This document shows, in pieces, positions 51,862-64,000 of a stretch of 64,000 bases of DNA. Below the pieces are notes generated by a model. That model was not told where the DNA came from. It saw only the letters and a program-made list of their open reading frames with translations, and ran no database searches. The translations under genes were made by a program, and so were the position numbers. Every line of letters begins with the position of its first letter. Within the stretch, counting starts at the first letter, position 1. Source of the stretch: Octopus sinensis (taxonomy: Eukaryota); the NCBI RefSeq assembly GCF_006345805.1, contig NC_042997.1, positions 38,998,001 to 39,062,000 on the forward strand. The letters run 5' to 3'.

Positions 51862-52850
51862 CAGAAAAGAGGAATTTCGATTATCCCCTCGTGGTGAGTT
51901 GTAATGTATATAAGAAATTAAGAAAGGAAAATACGCACACTTACATAGTTTTAATATAATTTTTAATATATCGACCGATTTCGCTATCGCTATTCATGAT
52001 ATTATGTTTTACTTATTTGAATATATTTTTTTCTAAAGAAGAAATTTGGTCCATGTTGTGTGTGATGAAATTCACGAGTGAATGACTTCACAAGTAGATA
52101 AATAAAGGGAGGTAATTGGTTGTTATTGTTGTTGTGGGTAAATGAGATAACTGTTCAGCTTTCGGTAATGGGTGGGGATTATATCTGTGTACAGACAGAC
52201 ATGTTTCAAAAACCGTGTTTAGTGGGGGATTTATGTACAGTGATGTAATCGTGAATTGGAATATGTAAAAAGATAAAGGTTGGTTATGAGTGCATATTAA
52301 GACGTGTTTTGTATTTTTCAATGAAAAAAGTTTCTTTATTTAAGCGCTCTAGTTGAGAGATTACGTCTTTGCACTGGTAGAAAGGGAAGACTGTGAAATT
52401 TGGTTTGTTGTTACCTGCACATTTTTCTATATGTTCACTGAGAGGAATTTATCTGTATTGCAGGAAACGGATTTGCTCCTTATGTAGAGTGGTTCTCTTT
52501 CTGAAGGTCATACTCGTTTGTCCAATATAGTGGTGTCCGCAACCCGATCAGGTTATTACATAAATTAGGTTCTCAGAGGCACAGATGAAACTGGTTTTAA
52601 TTGTGAACCTCTGTCCTTGTTTAAAAAGAAAATCCGAGCCTTCAAGCAGATTGGGGCAGGTTCCACAGTTTGGGCGTCCACATTTTTCAACCGTTGGTTT
52701 CGTGGTTGTTTTGTAAAGCTTCGCATTTGTTAGTAGTCTCTTTAGCGATTTGTCTTGTTTTTTGCATTTGATGAGTTTGTGTGTTTTCAGGATGTCGTTC
52801 ATTTGTAACACACTGCCTAAATACCAATCTTGAGAAATTAGGCTTCTCAA
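51862..52850 (-). mobile_element. Penelope-like element 3' end: Cys-rich linker, GIY-YIG endonuclease and terminal repeat
   Basis: KCGRPNCGTCPNL...FICASENLIYVIT*SGCGHHYIGQTSMTFRKRTTLHKEQIR...SEHIEKC...RLNKETFFIEKYKTRLN. A hammerhead motif follows about 290 nt downstream on the same strand. The element ends at (TAG)n. Confidence 0.92.
51968..52002 (-). ncRNA. 35-nt minimal type I hammerhead motif with an A3-U8 core pair
   Basis: AUAUC AUGAAUA GC GAUA GC GAA AUCGGU C|GAUAU: perfect 5-bp stem I, 2-bp stem II, near-palindromic stem III, GUC triplet. Confidence 0.65.
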
Positions 52851-53264
52851 AACCAGAAAGGAGAAAGCTAATTCAAAGACTACAGATCCAATCCATCACT
52901 GGAACTGTAAAAATCTGTAAAACTTTCCAGAAGTTTATCGTTTAAATATATATGAGCATATCTAGATATGCAACTATATGCATGAGTACACATAGATTAA
53001 ACAAAAAAATACAAATCTGTACATATACATACATTCATATATGCATACATAAATACACACACACACACACACACACACATACACACATACATACATACAT
53101 ACATACGCACGCACGCACGCACGCACGCGTGTGTATGCTAGCACGTGGGTGTAAATGTGTATGGTACAGATATATTTTTCTGGTGGCATTGTATTTACTA
53201 AACCTAATCATTTTTTTACTTTTTCTCTTTATTGTGGCACTTTTAATCTCACTGTATCGTTTCT

Positions 53265-53677
53265 TATTTCTTTACTACCCACAAGGGGCTAAACATAGAG
53301 GAGACGAACAATGACAGACTAATGGATTAAGTCAATGACATCGACCCCAGTGCGTAACTGGTACTTAATTTATCGACCCCGAAAGGATGAAAGGCAAAGT
53401 CGACCTCGGCAGAATTTGAACTCAGAACGTAGCGGCAGACGAAATGCCTATTTCTTTACTACCCACAAGGGGCTAAACACAGAGGACAATCAAGGACAGA
53501 CAAACGGATTAAGTCGATTACATCAACCCCAGTACGTAACTGGTACTTAATTTATCGACCCCAAAAGGATGAAAGGCAAAGTCGACCTCGGCAGAATTTG
53601 AACTCAGAACGTAGCGGCAGACGAAATACCGCTAAGCATTTCGCCCGGTGCGCTAACGTTTCTGCCAGCTCGCCGCC
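53265..53677 (-). mobile_element. Dimeric SINE-A: one head, two bodies, one TSD
   Basis: Internal junction gacgaaatgcctatttctttact. TSD TATCGTTTCT at 53255-53264 and 53680-53689. Confidence 0.88.
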
Positions 53678-54120
53678 TATATCGTTTCTGTCTTTAACTT
53701 ATCTCATTAAGCCCACGTTTTTTATGATTCTCAGAAGCTTTCTTTTAATATAAATACATTGCCAACAAATTGAAGTTTGTGGCTAGGGAGAAATACTTTC
53801 CATTGATGGATTGTGTTAAGCATATGTACGTAAGGGTTTGGGAGTAAGCTATGCGGCCGGGTGTAAATTGCATATTTTAATAGTAAATAGTAAATCACCG
53901 GGAAAGGGTATGTAATCGTATTTGGTATGTAGGTAGGAGGTCAGTGAACAGAGTTGGAAATTATAGTACAGAAAAGAAAGATGAGTTAAACGAAGACTGT
54001 CGTTATGAAATTATCTGTAATGAGGGGTGGGAAATAAAGGAGGACAGGGAGTTGATACTGAGTCAGTGACCTAAGAGAAATAGAGTGGGTGAAGTGACAG
54101 AAATATTTCATGCTATATAT

Positions 54121-54226
<106 letters not shown>

Positions 54227-54430
54227 TATGTATATATATATATATATATACATATATTATGTACGTATATGTATATAATAATACATACATTCATACATAC
54301 ATACATACATACATGCACGTATGCATGCATACATACATGCATAAATACATACATATGCGTGTGTATGCTAGCACGTGGGTGTGAATATACATATACATAT
54401 ATACATACATATATACACATATATACACAT

Positions 54431-54461
<31 letters not shown>

Positions 54462-54576
54462 CATATATATACATATATATATACATATATATATACATAT
54501 ATATATGTATATACGTAGGTATGTATATATATATATATATGTGTGTGTATTATGTATATATGAATAAATGCATGTG

Positions 54577-54607
<31 letters not shown>

Positions 54608-54719
54608 CCCTTCTTTCCTGAGCGTCCAATAATACTTATTTGTTCCACGTCCTTGCGTTGTTGTTTTTTTTTTTTTGTTCTTGTTTGGATTAACTTTATA
54701 TATATATATATATATTATA

Positions 54720-54932
54720 CCGGATAAACACATAAATGTGAAACAAGGTGAAAAAAAAAAGAGTACTCAAATACCAGTGTAGAGTAATATGCTTTATTTT
54801 TAAGCAGCAGAAATTCCAAATCTGTTACTCTGAGTTTCTCGTTGCCGTTCATCAGACAGTTTTAACTGTCTGATGAACGCAACGAGAAACTCAGAGTAAC
54901 AGATTTTGTGAATTTTCTGCTGCTTAAAATAA

Positions 54933-54933
<1 letters not shown>
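54720..54933. mobile_element. Palindromic twin-hammerhead mini-element (copy 2)
   Basis: Arms 54792-54860 and 54865-54933 around TTTA. Each arm reads ACTGT CTGATGA ACG(G)CAACGA GAAA CTCAGAG TA|ACAG. (TA)n flanks. Confidence 0.8.
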
Positions 54934-54968
<35 letters not shown>

Positions 54969-55842
54969 CTTGGGTAGGCGGCATAGAAGGCAGGGGAGGT
55001 AGTTAGGTGAGAATGGTATTTGCTGATGTCTCTTGGTGGTGGTGGTGGTGGACTTATCTAAACTGTCTACATACATTTTTAACTATTGAATTATCCACCA
55101 ATCAAAAGCAAGCACTTTTAGTATGTTAATATATTTTTACTGGCTTTAGTGTCTATGGTGAGGGCGCGTGGCTTAGTGGTTAGGGCATTCGGCTCATGAT
55201 CGTAAGGTTGTGAGTTCGATTCCCGGCGACGCGTTGTGTCCTTGAGCAATACACTTTATTTCACGTTGCTCCAGTCCACTCAGCTGGCAAAAATGAGTTG
55301 TACTTGTATTTCAAAGGGTCAGCCTTGTCACTCTCTGTGTCACGCTGATTATCACCGAGAACTACGTTAAGGGTACACGTGTCTGTGGAATGCTCAGCCA
55401 TTTGCACGTTAATTTCACGAGCAAGTTGTTCCGTTGATCGTATCAGCTGGGACCCTCGTCGTCGTAACCGGCGGAGTCTTTTAGAGTGTCTATGTGCTGC
55501 GGGCGTCCGCTAAGATATCATATGCACTATAATACTTAGTATAATTTATCAATTCCTAAATAGTATTTTTGCTTTTCGGTTTTGTTTTTAGTTTTGAATT
55601 TCGCAGTAGGTTCTTCCATATTGTATTTTAATATTCTACAAACCTTCTTTTTTATTTATTTTTTTAAGTAAGCTAGAATTACTATAATTATCGTTGAATA
55701 TTATTTCCTGTCATTACTTTTTTTACAGAAGAGCATTTTTTTTTACATCTTTATATATAACAGTGTATGAATGTAAATGTGAAATGACATATATGTCATT
55801 TCCCAAGTTTTGCCTTTATTCCTATACTGTCATCCACTCTTA

Positions 55843-56390
55843 TTATTTCTTTATTGCCCACAAGGGGCTAAACATAGAGGGGACAAACAAGGACAGACAA
55901 ACGGATTAAGTCGATTACATCGACCCTAGTGCGTAACTGGTACTTAATTTATCGACCCCGAAAGGATGAAAGGCAAAGTCGACCTCGGCTGAATTTTAAC
56001 TCACAACGTAACGGCAAACGAAATACCTATTTCTTTACTACCTACAAGGGGCTAAACACAGAGAGGACAAACAAGGACAGACAAACGGATTAAGCCGATT
56101 ATATCGACCCCAGTGCGTAACTGGTACTTAATTTATCGACCCCAACTCAGAACGTAACGGCAAACGAAATACCTATTTCTTTACTACCCACAAGGGGCTA
56201 AACACAGAGGGGACAAACGGATTAAGCCGATTATATCGACCCCAGAGCGTAACTGGTACTTATTTAAATGACTCCGAAAGGATAAAAGACAATGTCGACC
56301 TCGGCGGAATTTGAACTCAGAACGTAACGGCAGACGAAATACGGCTACGTATTTCGCCCGGCGTGCTAACGTTTCTGCCAGCTCGCCGCC
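55843..56390 (-). mobile_element. Trimeric SINE-A: one head, three bodies with internal deletions, one TSD
   Basis: Two junctions acgaaatacctatttctttact. TSD CTGTCATCCACTCT at 55827-55840 and 56390-56403. Confidence 0.88.
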
Positions 56391-56850
56391 TGTCATCCAC
56401 TCTGTCCTCCCTACAGTCCTTTAACTTATCTTTACAAACGTAACTCTGTGGTTGTTTGATGCATTTTACCTAGTTTCCTTCCTGTCCCCTACTTTCATTC
56501 CCACATATCTTTAACATGTCGCCGTATCTCATTTTTCCTGTTCGTTTAAGAGGTATATCTACCTTCCTTTTCAACTTTCTAACCTTTCTCCATCATTCAC
56601 CTCACTGCTTTATCACTTTTCTTGGTTGTCCATTCCTCTCTGTACCAGATCAAACAATCTACTTCAGTATTTCTTACATTTTCTCACTCTCAGATTAACG
56701 ATCGGAGGGAAGAAACACTACATTGCACATCTAGCAGGACATCTGGATTGTAAATGAACATTACAATCTTTCTAACTTTATGGTGACTGCTTTACCAATG
56801 CGGACAATTAGATAATCAGCAGTTCTCTAAAATTCCTAATTTTATGCTAA

Positions 56851-57244
56851 TCTATATATATAAAGCTGAAGTTGTCTGTGTGTGATGATAGGTTTGGTAG
56901 CCTTCAACTAACACTATCTCCACCGAGACCCTGCAGCGCAAGTTGACCAAAATTGAGATTATGATAGAAGGCTTGCTCTTCATTCCGTAGAAGCTAAAAT
57001 TCAAATCGGACCATGTTAACACCAAAAATTATTTACATCAAAAAGGTGCTTTTTTTTTTCTATGAAAATCCCTATTTTTTTACGATTTTTTGACTGCTGT
57101 GTCGCCATTTTTCGGTGTATTTCAACCAGAAAAATGTTCACTTAAAGGGAATAACAAGCTACATAATGCAAAATTTTTACTTTTCAAAAATTCCTATTCT
57201 AAAGGGTCGAAACAAACTCGAGCAACGCCGGGCGATACTGCTTG
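56851..57244 (+). mobile_element. Non-autonomous Helitron
   Basis: A|TC start, gagcaacgccgggcgatactg subterminal sequence, end CTTG|T (decayed CTAG). Homologous along its length to 59476-59863. Confidence 0.8.
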
Positions 57245-59475
57245 TTTACTATAATAATGTTAGACCATCATATCGAAGCATCATTAAAGTCATCCAATAA
57301 GATGACTCGCTCACAAGTCAATAGTTCCACTGCTGCAACTCACAAACTTTGGAAAATATCTCATCAGCTGAAGTGGAAGAAGTTTTCTATGATTCTGAGC
57401 ATTTTAAGCGATTACTTGGCTTTGGGAATTCCGAGCAAGCACGATATTTTCCAAAAACAATGTATGATGGATCTGTTGTCAAAACCTGAAAATTTGGCCT
57501 TTCTCGTGTCGCAGAAATATTACAATTGGGAATCTTATAAAATAAAATATTTTCTTACTTCTTCTGAATGTCAAAAGTGCAGTGTTAATGTTTATAGACT
57601 TGAGAAAAACATAAAACGATCTTCGCTATGGAAAAAAAAAATTAAACCAATTTCTGGTATATAAGTTGTTAAAATATTGGAACAAGGACAGCAATTTTGG
57701 GGAAGGGAGTAAGTCGATTACATCGATCCCAGTTCTCAGATAGTACTTATATTATCGATCGAAATGATTAAAAGTAAAGTCGGCCTAGGCGGAATTTGAA
57801 ACTCAAAATGTAAAAGCGGACGAAACGCCGTTGTGTATTTTGCCTGGGGAGCTAAAGATTCTGCCAAATCGCCGCCTTAGAAATATCGGTAAAACATTAA
57901 ATGAATAAAGGAGACTCTTGACAGCATTAATTTTTTTTTAAAAAGATATTTAATTAACTAGTAAGACTTCTTATGTGTTTACATCTTTATCAGATATGAA
58001 GGATTAAGTAAAACTCCAAAATTAAGAAAGGAATCAATATAGAAAGTTGCTTTAGTTCGCGATTTTCTGCAAATCTCGTTGCAAAGTATAACACTGAACC
58101 AACAAAGAAAGAAATAGTCACAAATAAGTATTATCATTGATTAAGCTTCAAACATAGTCTTCTACTAGTCTAGAAATGCGATCGGTTGAATGTTAACACC
58201 GACAGCGTTTATGGTTGGTATGCGTGACAATGCTTTGAGTCACGCTCTGGCTATGAATGAGGCCTAAGCAGAATATTTCGGAGGATTTTGAGTTTAGAAA
58301 CTATGAACAACTTCCAAAGATCCCTGCCTTGACAGAATTACTAGTGGGGAGAGTCATGGCCAGCTTTGCATTGCCATACGCATGGCAGAGCGATCAGCCA
58401 AGCCTGTCAAAGATGAGTGCTAAACAATGAAACCGCTTTTTGCGACTCGTTCAGTATCTGAATATTACTAACTTTTGGAATTATGTTGAACATAATTCCA
58501 AACCATGATATCCATGTTACATATAGGAAGGATCCGACTGCCAATCGAATCCATCTGCGGTCTTTCTTTGGTAAGGAAGGGCTGTTTTATTCTTGTCCTG
58601 TTTTGTTTCTTTTTTTTGTGGGGGGGGGGGTCTGATTATTTGTGTTTGTGAAAGGGACAGTATGGCTGATAAATGTAAATTTACCAAATGAATAAACATG
58701 GGAAACGCTCGTTACCACTTCTGATAAATTTATTTTTTAAAATATTGAACCAACCAAAAGATGTAAAACTACGCATTAAGAATGGATTAAGATTTATGGA
58801 GTTGCATGTATTCCTGATTTTCTCCTACTTTCGTTGCACTGCATTTTACCAAATTAACAAGAAATTTAATTTTTGCAAATATTACTGAAAGCTAATTAAA
58901 AAATGTGCATTCTTATTGAGGAAGCTTCATTAATTGCAAGGAAATCTGTACTTGTAATTTTTCTAAAATGTAAATTAGATCATTGCTTTCCACTGAAATT
59001 TCTTCGTTTGATATAATTAAAAGCAACAACAGCAGAAAATATTTATTATTTTTTACAACCTAAGTGAAATGATGCAGAATTTGACACAGAATATTTAATG
59101 AAATTTAAGGTCGGCTTTTGTTCTGACAAAACGAATAACCTGCTAAGACAAAATTCCGAAGTTGCTACAAGACTAATTCAAGAAATTTCCGAAACCATAA
59201 TTTAGCATTGTTTGAGTCATCGATTTGCTGCTTGTTTCTACGAAGAAAAACCTTCAGTCGTAACCATACTTCATTTTGTATACCAAGGACTTCATTGTCT
59301 GATGTTTCCTTCCGTTTTTAAGGTGGTAGGATGTTATTTAATGAGGTTTTAGTTGCTTTTTCTAGCTCTTTTAGTATAAAGGCTCTCTTGGTTGTTTTTA
59401 ACCTTAGGTTAACCCTCATCGAGTAGAGCCTTGATAACATGCGTTCCAGCAGTTACATCTTGTCCTTTTTATATA

Positions 59476-59863
59476 CTAGCAGTATCGCCCGGCGTTGCTC
59501 GGTTTTGTTTCGACCCTTTAGAATTGGAATTTTTGAAAAGTAAAAATGTTGCATTATGTAGCTTGTTATTCTCTTTAAGTGAACTTTTTTCTGGTTGAAA
59601 TACACCGAAAAATGGCGACACAGCAGTCAAAAAATCGTAAAAAAATCGGGCTTTTCATAGAAAAAAAGGATCTTTTTGATGTAAATAATTTTTGGTGTTA
59701 ACATGGTCCGATTTGAATTTTTTCTTCTACGGAATGAAGCTCAAGCCTTCTATCATAATCTCAATTTTGGTCAACTTGCGCCGCAGGGTCTCGGAGAAGA
59801 TAGTGTTAGTTGAAGGCTACCAAACCTGCCATACACAGACAACTTCAGCTTTTTATATAGAGA
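59476..59863 (-). mobile_element. Non-autonomous Helitron, inverted relative to the 56851 copy
   Basis: Reverse strand starts TCTCTATATAAAAAGCTG and ends ccgagcaacgccgggcgatactgCTAG|T. Confidence 0.85.
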
Positions 59864-60383
59864 TATTAAGAGTACATTCTCCTACCTGTTCTTTCCACTT
59901 TGGAATGGTATGGTGATATAGATGTATGACTTGAGAGAGGTTTGGTTGTTATTTCTAGCTGTTCGAAAGACTGCCGGATTGTGCCTGTTAGAATTTGTGG
60001 AAATCGTTGATTGTAAGACTTTAAGCGGTAACAGTTGAAACGTTGTCACTTCCTTTTTGATCTTCCCTTTTTTTATCTATGTATCTGTCTATCTATGTAT
60101 CTCTGCACCTGTACCATATTTCCCTCGGTTTTTCACCTACTCTTCAGTCCAATTTCTTCCACTTTCACTCTTAAACATTAATAAAAAAAAACTGAAAGAG
60201 ATTAATCGAAGATACGAAATCGTTTACCAGAGCGAAGAAATCGAAATTGTTAGGTGAAACTGGAACATATCCAATTAAGAAGAATGAAATGAATAATTAT
60301 GGGAACAATGTGAGTGACACAATGCTATTTGTAGTGCATATCTAATACCATCTTCAATAGTGGGCGAATCGCTTGTGTATGAC

Positions 60384-60442
<59 letters not shown>

Positions 60443-63400
60443 TGTGTGTATGTGTTTCTGATTGCAGACCAATTCAATAGCACAAGGCCAGAAATTTCAT
60501 GGGAGGGTATAAGTCGATTACATCGACCTCAGTGATCGACTAGTACTTATTGTATCGATCCGAAAGGATAAACGGTAAAGTCAACCCCGACGGAATTTGA
60601 ACTTAGATCGTAAAACGGACGAAATGCCGCTAAGCATTTTGCCCATCGTGCTAACGATTCTGCCAGCTGGTCGCCTTTTTTCGACAAATAAATATTGATT
60701 TCAAATTTTGGCACAAAGCCAGCTACTTTGGGGAGGGGTAAGTCGATTATATCGACCCCGAAAGGATGAAAGATTAAGTCGGCCTCGGCGGAATTTGAAC
60801 TCAGAATGTAAAGACGAACGAAATGCTTCTAAGCATTTTGCCCTGCGTGTTAACATTCTTGTCAGCTCGCTGCCTTTTTTCGACATATCAATATTACGAA
60901 GTGTAAGGTATAAAAGCCATCTCAATATGGCTAACCACAAAGTGAGGGTGTTACTGTAGCTTTTTAGCCCCAGGAGATCATCGTCTCCAGCTGGCTTTAG
61001 ACACCCTTTCAGTGCCCTTGAAGTATTTGCAAAGGGAGGCCATCCCTTCCTCGCAAGCCTGAGGGATTTCATTTATTAATAAGATTGAAAGATAGTTTTG
61101 CCCCAGTTTTTGCCCCAAAACGCTACCCTATTGATGTCACTGCGTACCCATAATTGTTTTTGCACAAACGTTGAACAACCGGGAGGAAGGCTAGATTTAT
61201 AGAGGACTATGTATGTGAGTGTATATGTTTGTGTGCGTGTGTGTGCGCGTGTGCGAGTATGTGCGCGCGTGCGTGTGTGCTTGTTATGTAGGGATAGAGA
61301 CAGAGCGAGAGAATCGACTGAGTTTACCATGTAGCTTGACCAGCATTAGGTTCTTCGTAAGCAGTAACGAGCTCGAGCCTCCAATTAGCTCCGTCAGCGA
61401 GGATTTCTTGGTGACATTCTATGAGAGCATCTGCAGTACACTGGTTCGAAACATACCAAAGCGCCTGATGCAAGAATTTCTACGAGAACGAAGAGATAGT
61501 GAAAGAACCCGAGGCAGTCCAGTAGGCACCAAAGCAGGTGAAATACAAGACCCTTCTTGGGAGTATGAAATCAACCCGATATGGTAAAGTTAAGAGAAAG
61601 TTGAGACGGCCGTTACGTTGTGAGTTCAAATTCCGCCGAGGTCGACTTTGCCTTTCATCTTTTCGGGGTCGATAAATTAAGTACCACTTACGCACTGGGG
61701 TCGATGTAATCGACTCAATACCTATGTCTGTCCTTGTTTGTCCCCTCTGTGTTTAGCTCCTTGTGGGTAATAAAGAAATAAGTATCAGTGAAGGGAAAAC
61801 AAGCAATCAGAGCAGTGGCAATGAGGAAACGAGATGGCTGAATGAAAAGGGAGTAGGCGATTGAGCAGAATGGCAGCTAGAAGGACATCTGGAAGTGGAA
61901 TTCGCAATGGAACTCGCAGTAGAACTTTATCTAGGGTGGGATTTATGTTGTCATCCCCAGCCCACCCGATCTATTTAAATAGAACACAGTGAAAATACCC
62001 TACGTACATGCTCTCTGTTCTAAGAGAGGGACCCATAAAAGACAAATTAAACAGCTTCTCCTAAGCGCTGAGTAAGAGAGGCTATCGCTGGAGGCACGAT
62101 CAGGTCGAGATCATCGCTGAGATAATCGGTAAGAGCAACAGTGACAGCAGAAACGTCCACGTTACAGCCAGAATGATAACCTTTTTGTTAAAGAAGGAGA
62201 GCGGCCTAGAAAATGACCCCCCAAAAGACTGTTAGTTTCTCTCTTGAGTGTGTGTGATTGCCTTTGGCTGGGCAATGTGTTCGGTGAAATAACTGCTGTC
62301 ACTTTTGAGTTTAATGAAAGTTATGAGCAACGAATACCTTCTGAGTGGCTCTGTGCGATGACAAGGAACCACCAGGTACCTTGCAAATCGAGATTTAAGA
62401 ATAAAATCCAAATTCACTCGCCTGTAAGCACTTCCAAGAAATATACTACCAGTTTGTTATGAGCTTTACAGCCATGAAAAAAAAGCAATAAGTCGGGTTT
62501 ATTTAAGATGGGAAGAAAACGCCTGACCTCCACACTAGTATACAATGTCCACAAGTAGCCGGTTAATGCGTAAAATAACTCGTGAAGAAGCGGTGTTGTT
62601 TCTTTTTCATATATAATTAAATTTTGCTGATCTTACTCGTGTTGACTTTCAAATATGCAGATTGAACATTCTGTGATATTGTCACTTTAGCTAGGCACAA
62701 AAAATGGTAAAAGGCACATTTGCTGTTGCTGCCTAGAATTGTACCGTCCGTCTTTCCATAAGTCAAATATTTAATAATTACTCTCTCTTCTTTTTTTTTT
62801 CTTTTACTTGTTTCAGTCATTTTGACTGCGGCCATGCTGGAGCACCGCCTTTAGTCGAGCAAATCGATCCCGGGACTTATTCTTTGTAAGCCCAGTACTT
62901 ATTCTATCGGTCTCTTTTGCCGAAACGCTAAGTAACGGGGACGTAAACACACCAGCATCGGTTGTCAAGCAATGCTAGGGGGACAAACACAGCAGACACA
63001 CACATACATACATATATACATATATACGACAGGCTTCTTTCAGTTTCCGTCTACCAAATCCACTCACAAGGCATTGGTCGGCCCGGGGCTATAGTAGAAG
63101 ACACTTGCCCAAGATGCCACGCAGTGGGACTGAACCCGGAACCATGTGGTTGGTTAGCAAGCTACTTACCACACAGCCACTCCTACGCCTATTTATATTT
63201 ACTCTATATTTCCTATATTTACCCATGCTCAGATGAACGAAGCCACGTAGAACTCATTTTACTTCAACTTTTCTTTGACATTAAAAAAAAATTCTACGAG
63301 CTCCACATACTTTTTGGAGTATACTTACAGACTGATAACCACATACATACATCTTATGCATTCACACTTAAGCTTTCATAAATGCACAGATCTAGCAGAA

Positions 63401-64000
63401 AACTAAAAATAAAAAGGGTCAATGAAAAGAACAATAAAGAAGTATTTTAATCGGTAAATAAAAAACACCGTAGAGATATGGAAGAAGTTATTCACTAACA
63501 GTCCATAATCTCATATAAAATCCGTTCTGTCTGCCTGTCTTTGTGTGTATCTTCTCGGATCTCGGGCATCCTCCATCCGATTGCGCTCAAATTTGATATG
63601 TAGATACCGACCGTATCAGGGCGTGTATAAATCTTGAAAAAATTACAAAAATCAATTCCAGATGAGAATGCGATCGATAAAGCCATTTTTGTCCTGCTTT
63701 TCTTCCGTCAACCTGTACATAGCTGCACCTTCCATTTTTTTTTTTTGTTTTTATACTGCTTAAAGGCACGTTTCTTTCCTGCCAAGCTTACTGTTTAAAC
63801 CATGTTTGTGTTCTCCCAGTCAACAGCCTTATCATTACTGGTAATTTAAACTCTTCGGTTGCATATTTGCGTGAATAAAATCGTTTTTCTTTGCAAAAGA
63901 AAAAAAGTCTATCTTTATTTCTTCTTTTGCTGGTGTCTCAAATTTAGGTTAAATCAGTGTTTCTCAAAGGGGAGGCCTATGGGATGGTCGGACAAGTTGT

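Noticed and set aside
57242-57664. 140-aa ORF as a gene
   Set aside because: It starts in a Helitron end, has no recognisable domain and no supported exon structure; overlapping frames look equally plausible.

Overview
AT-rich, microsatellite-dense eukaryotic genomic DNA. The repeat families and (TA)n/(CA)n/(GATA)n load suggest a coleoid cephalopod, probably Octopus (inference). One protein-coding gene is well supported: the 3' part of a class B1 (secretin-family) GPCR of the calcitonin/CGRP/DH31-receptor type on the + strand. It has seven coding exons (1318-24780) that splice in frame from TM4 to the stop codon; its 5' exons lie upstream of the window. The rest is introns, 3' flank and a dense transposon graveyard: four tRNA-derived SINE families, Penelope-like RT and GIY-YIG fragments, R4/Dong and HERO-like LINE remnants, Tc1, mariner, maT and rosa-type DNA transposons, Helitron pieces and MITEs. 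Most ORFs in the supplied track are microsatellite artefacts. Three observations stand out. (1) At least six type I hammerhead-ribozyme motifs sit in Penelope-type terminal repeats; their core 3-8 base pair occurs as C-G, U-A and A-U, and four are head-to-head palindromes whose inversion point falls just 5' of the core. (2) One SINE occurs three times as a single-head, multi-body concatemer inside one target-site duplication. (3) The receptor's TM5 exon begins AG|GTAAGC, a recursive-splice-like site, produced by the same base that gives Ser at the normally conserved Asn5.50. All alignments, translations and folds were done by eye; none was checked computationally.
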